Positions 61,975 to 64,000 of a stretch of DNA of 64,000 bases are shown here, piece after piece (position 1 is the first letter of the stretch; each line of letters begins with the position of its first letter). Source of the DNA: Macrostomum lignano (taxonomy: Eukaryota). Below the pieces are notes generated by a model, which worked only from the letters and a program-made list of their open reading frames with translations, searched no databases and was not told the origin of the DNA. The translations under genes and the position numbers were made by a program. The DNA lies in the NCBI GenBank assembly GCA_002269645.1, contig NIVC01000887.1, positions 124,001-188,000 of the forward strand, in the 5' to 3' direction.

Positions 61975-62108
61975 TGGCGGCGCCCCTTGGTGCTGGCGCC
62001 CCTGGTGCTGGCGCCCCTGGTGCTGGCGCCCCTGGTGCTGGCGCCCCTGGTGCTGGCGCCCCTGGTGCTGGCGCCCCTGGTGCTGGCGCCCCTGGTGCTG
62101 GCGCCCTG
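61975..62108. repeat. 15-bp GC-rich minisatellite (ggcgcccctggtgct, ~8-9 copies)
   Basis: Exact tandem copies immediately 5' of the RT relic. Confidence 0.97.
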
Positions 62109-62149
62109 CAGAGTGACGGACTGCGCATATCGTTGGGATCCCAAAGAAA

Positions 62150-63290
62150 CCAGGCTCCGTTAAGATCGAAGAGAAGAGAGTATCACGGGATTTCACTAAT
62201 GCCCTGCATGGCTAAGCTGTTTAACAGGGTTCGGCTGTCGCGGCTGAAGCCGATGCTGGACCCGCAGAACGGATTTTGGCCAGCCACCATTTGCATCTTC
62301 GTGGAATTCCTGAAGGCCTTTGACTCGGTGATGAGGCGGGTCATCACGACCATCCTGCGCGCGTATCACTTACCTGAGCAACTGGTGACGGCTGTGTTGG
62401 CTCTGTAACAGGAGACTAGGACTGTTCGTCCTGATCCTGGACTGGGTACTGCGCACCGGCCTACCTGACGACTCCAACGGATTCTTGCTCTGTCGCAGAA
62501 CAAGCAGGCGACACCCCGAGAAGCGACTCTCCGTCCTAGCGTACGCGTACAGCCTAGCGCTGCTGTCTAGCTCAGCTGAAGGAGCTCAACGCCTGCTAGA
62601 CCAGCTGACGGCGGCGGCCGTTGCGATTGGACTGTCCGTGAACACCAAAATGGTGCTGACCGTCCGAAAGGGCAGGCGGCGTTGCTGCCTCGCTGCAAAG
62701 AGTTCATCTATCGGCGGTCTTGTGCCAAGCAACATAGACGACGTGGCACGGCGCAGGGCGCTTGCCTTGGGGGGGGGATGGCGCATTTCGCACAGTGCGG
62801 ACTGTCTTGCAGTGCCCCACGCTGCCGGATCGCTGAGAGGGCGGCTGTTCCAGGCAGTCATACGAGTAGAAGCTTTCCTGATCTTTACAATGCTGAAACG
62901 TGGACACTGACCCGCAGGAGCGGCAACTCGACACCGCTCACGCTGGACTTCTGCGAGCCGCCTTAGGTGTCCACTACTCGCCGACCGCCACCACCAGCAC
63001 CAGCAATGACGCGCTATACCGTCGGGCCCGGCTCTTCCGACCATGCCAGCTGAGCTGCGCATCCGGCGCCTACTGCTGGCGGCGGCCACGTCATCCGAGC
63101 AGAACAGTACTGTCCTGAGCCGCTGCAGGACGTGCTGCTGCTCTCTCCCTTCAAGGACCGCGGCGGCTTGGTCAGGCGAGAAGTCTGCGTTTTGTCGACT
63201 TGCATGCTTCTAAGAGACGCAGAGAATTTCGGACCCTCACGGACGCGCGCTGTTCTGCGCAACTCTGCGCTTGCGCTCGCATTTTGACAG
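62150..63290 (+). mobile_element. 5'-truncated, frameshifted RTE-type LINE reverse transcriptase relic
   Basis: YHGISLMPCMAKLFNR, QNGF, FVEFLKAFDSV, LAYA(YS) at the YADD position followed by LALLSSSAEGAQRLLDQL..GLSVN, then ETWTLT and ..LLRAALGV..SNDALYRR tail. Confidence 0.85.
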
Positions 63291-64000
63291 CAGCCAAGCT
63301 GGCCTGTCCAGGGCTGCTGTAGTTTGTTTTTTATGGAACTTGTTAGGTGTTATTTAAATAAAATCTCAATACCCGTTTTTTTATACAAAACTTTTGCGTG
63401 AATATTGAGTGAATGAATATATTTTTAGCTGTTGTATTTTTTTCAAACGTGAATAATTTTAACTTCATTTTTATAAAACTTCGATGATTAATTTTGCGTT
63501 TCATCTGCGCTGTTAAAGCAACGGCATCCAAATAGTGCATCCCAAATAAAAGCAGAATAAATATTTATGAATACATGAAAAATTACAAAAATATCTGGTG
63601 TTAGTTTTTACGACTTCGAGGTTAAAAGTGCCGTTTACTATACAGTACTCTGTCCAGCTGTAATGATGAACACAATATATATGTTGTCATACTGGATATT
63701 CGGTGTTCAGTGTTCAGACATGGGTGCCGTCATCTTTGCGAATCTTGTTCACCATGCACGAAGCGATTACGACGCAGAAAATCTGGAAAAAATTATTAAG
63801 GTAGGTCCCCATAACTCAAAATGTAGAAGCAGCATTTTCTAAAATTTAGGCGACATTCTCTGATGCACAAATTTTGTCGGATACTTTCTATTTTTTAATT
63901 AACCAACCGGATGTTAAAATTTAATCTTTTACGATTGTTTAGTTAAACTAGAAACTCTCCAGATTTGTTTTTTAATTCAACTTCTAAGAATTGCTACAGT

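Noticed and set aside
61974-62108. Collagen/elastin-like GAPGA ORF
   Set aside because: Five-residue period is incompatible with Gly-X-Y; it is an exact 15-bp DNA repeat with no synonymous variation.

Overview
Repeat-dense eukaryotic (animal) genomic DNA with spliced genes, GC-rich exons and many mini/microsatellites; the style resembles a free-living flatworm such as Macrostomum, but this is inference only. Host genes: the last exon of CHAF1A/CAF-1 p150 (+, 784-2223); a complete 3-exon PP2A B55 regulatory subunit (-, 16126-8434); an intronless MRPL17 (+, 43885-44406); two tetraspanin-like genes in a ~5.7-kb tandem duplication (-, 53959-55590 and 59269-61478); and an unnamed 4-exon gene (+, 39863-41870) for a ~425-aa very basic, low-complexity protein with SP-K/R repeats, NLS-like clusters and a C-terminal CaaX box (CSVM). 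Mobile DNA: a decayed LOA/R1-type LINE whose endonuclease is split by a 158-bp TG..CA insertion with a 5-bp TSD, an RTE-type RT relic, a FLYWCH-MULE transposase relic, tRNA-derived SINEs, several MITEs, and a 3.8-kb TIR-bounded element carrying an RG-repeat + Tudor-like pseudo-ORF. Several blocks are strongly CpG-depleted, with directly visible C-to-T decay of transposon ends. No prokaryotic features or CRISPR. Best novelty candidates: the prenylatable basic protein, the TIR element with RG/Tudor cargo, and the patchy CpG-decay domains.
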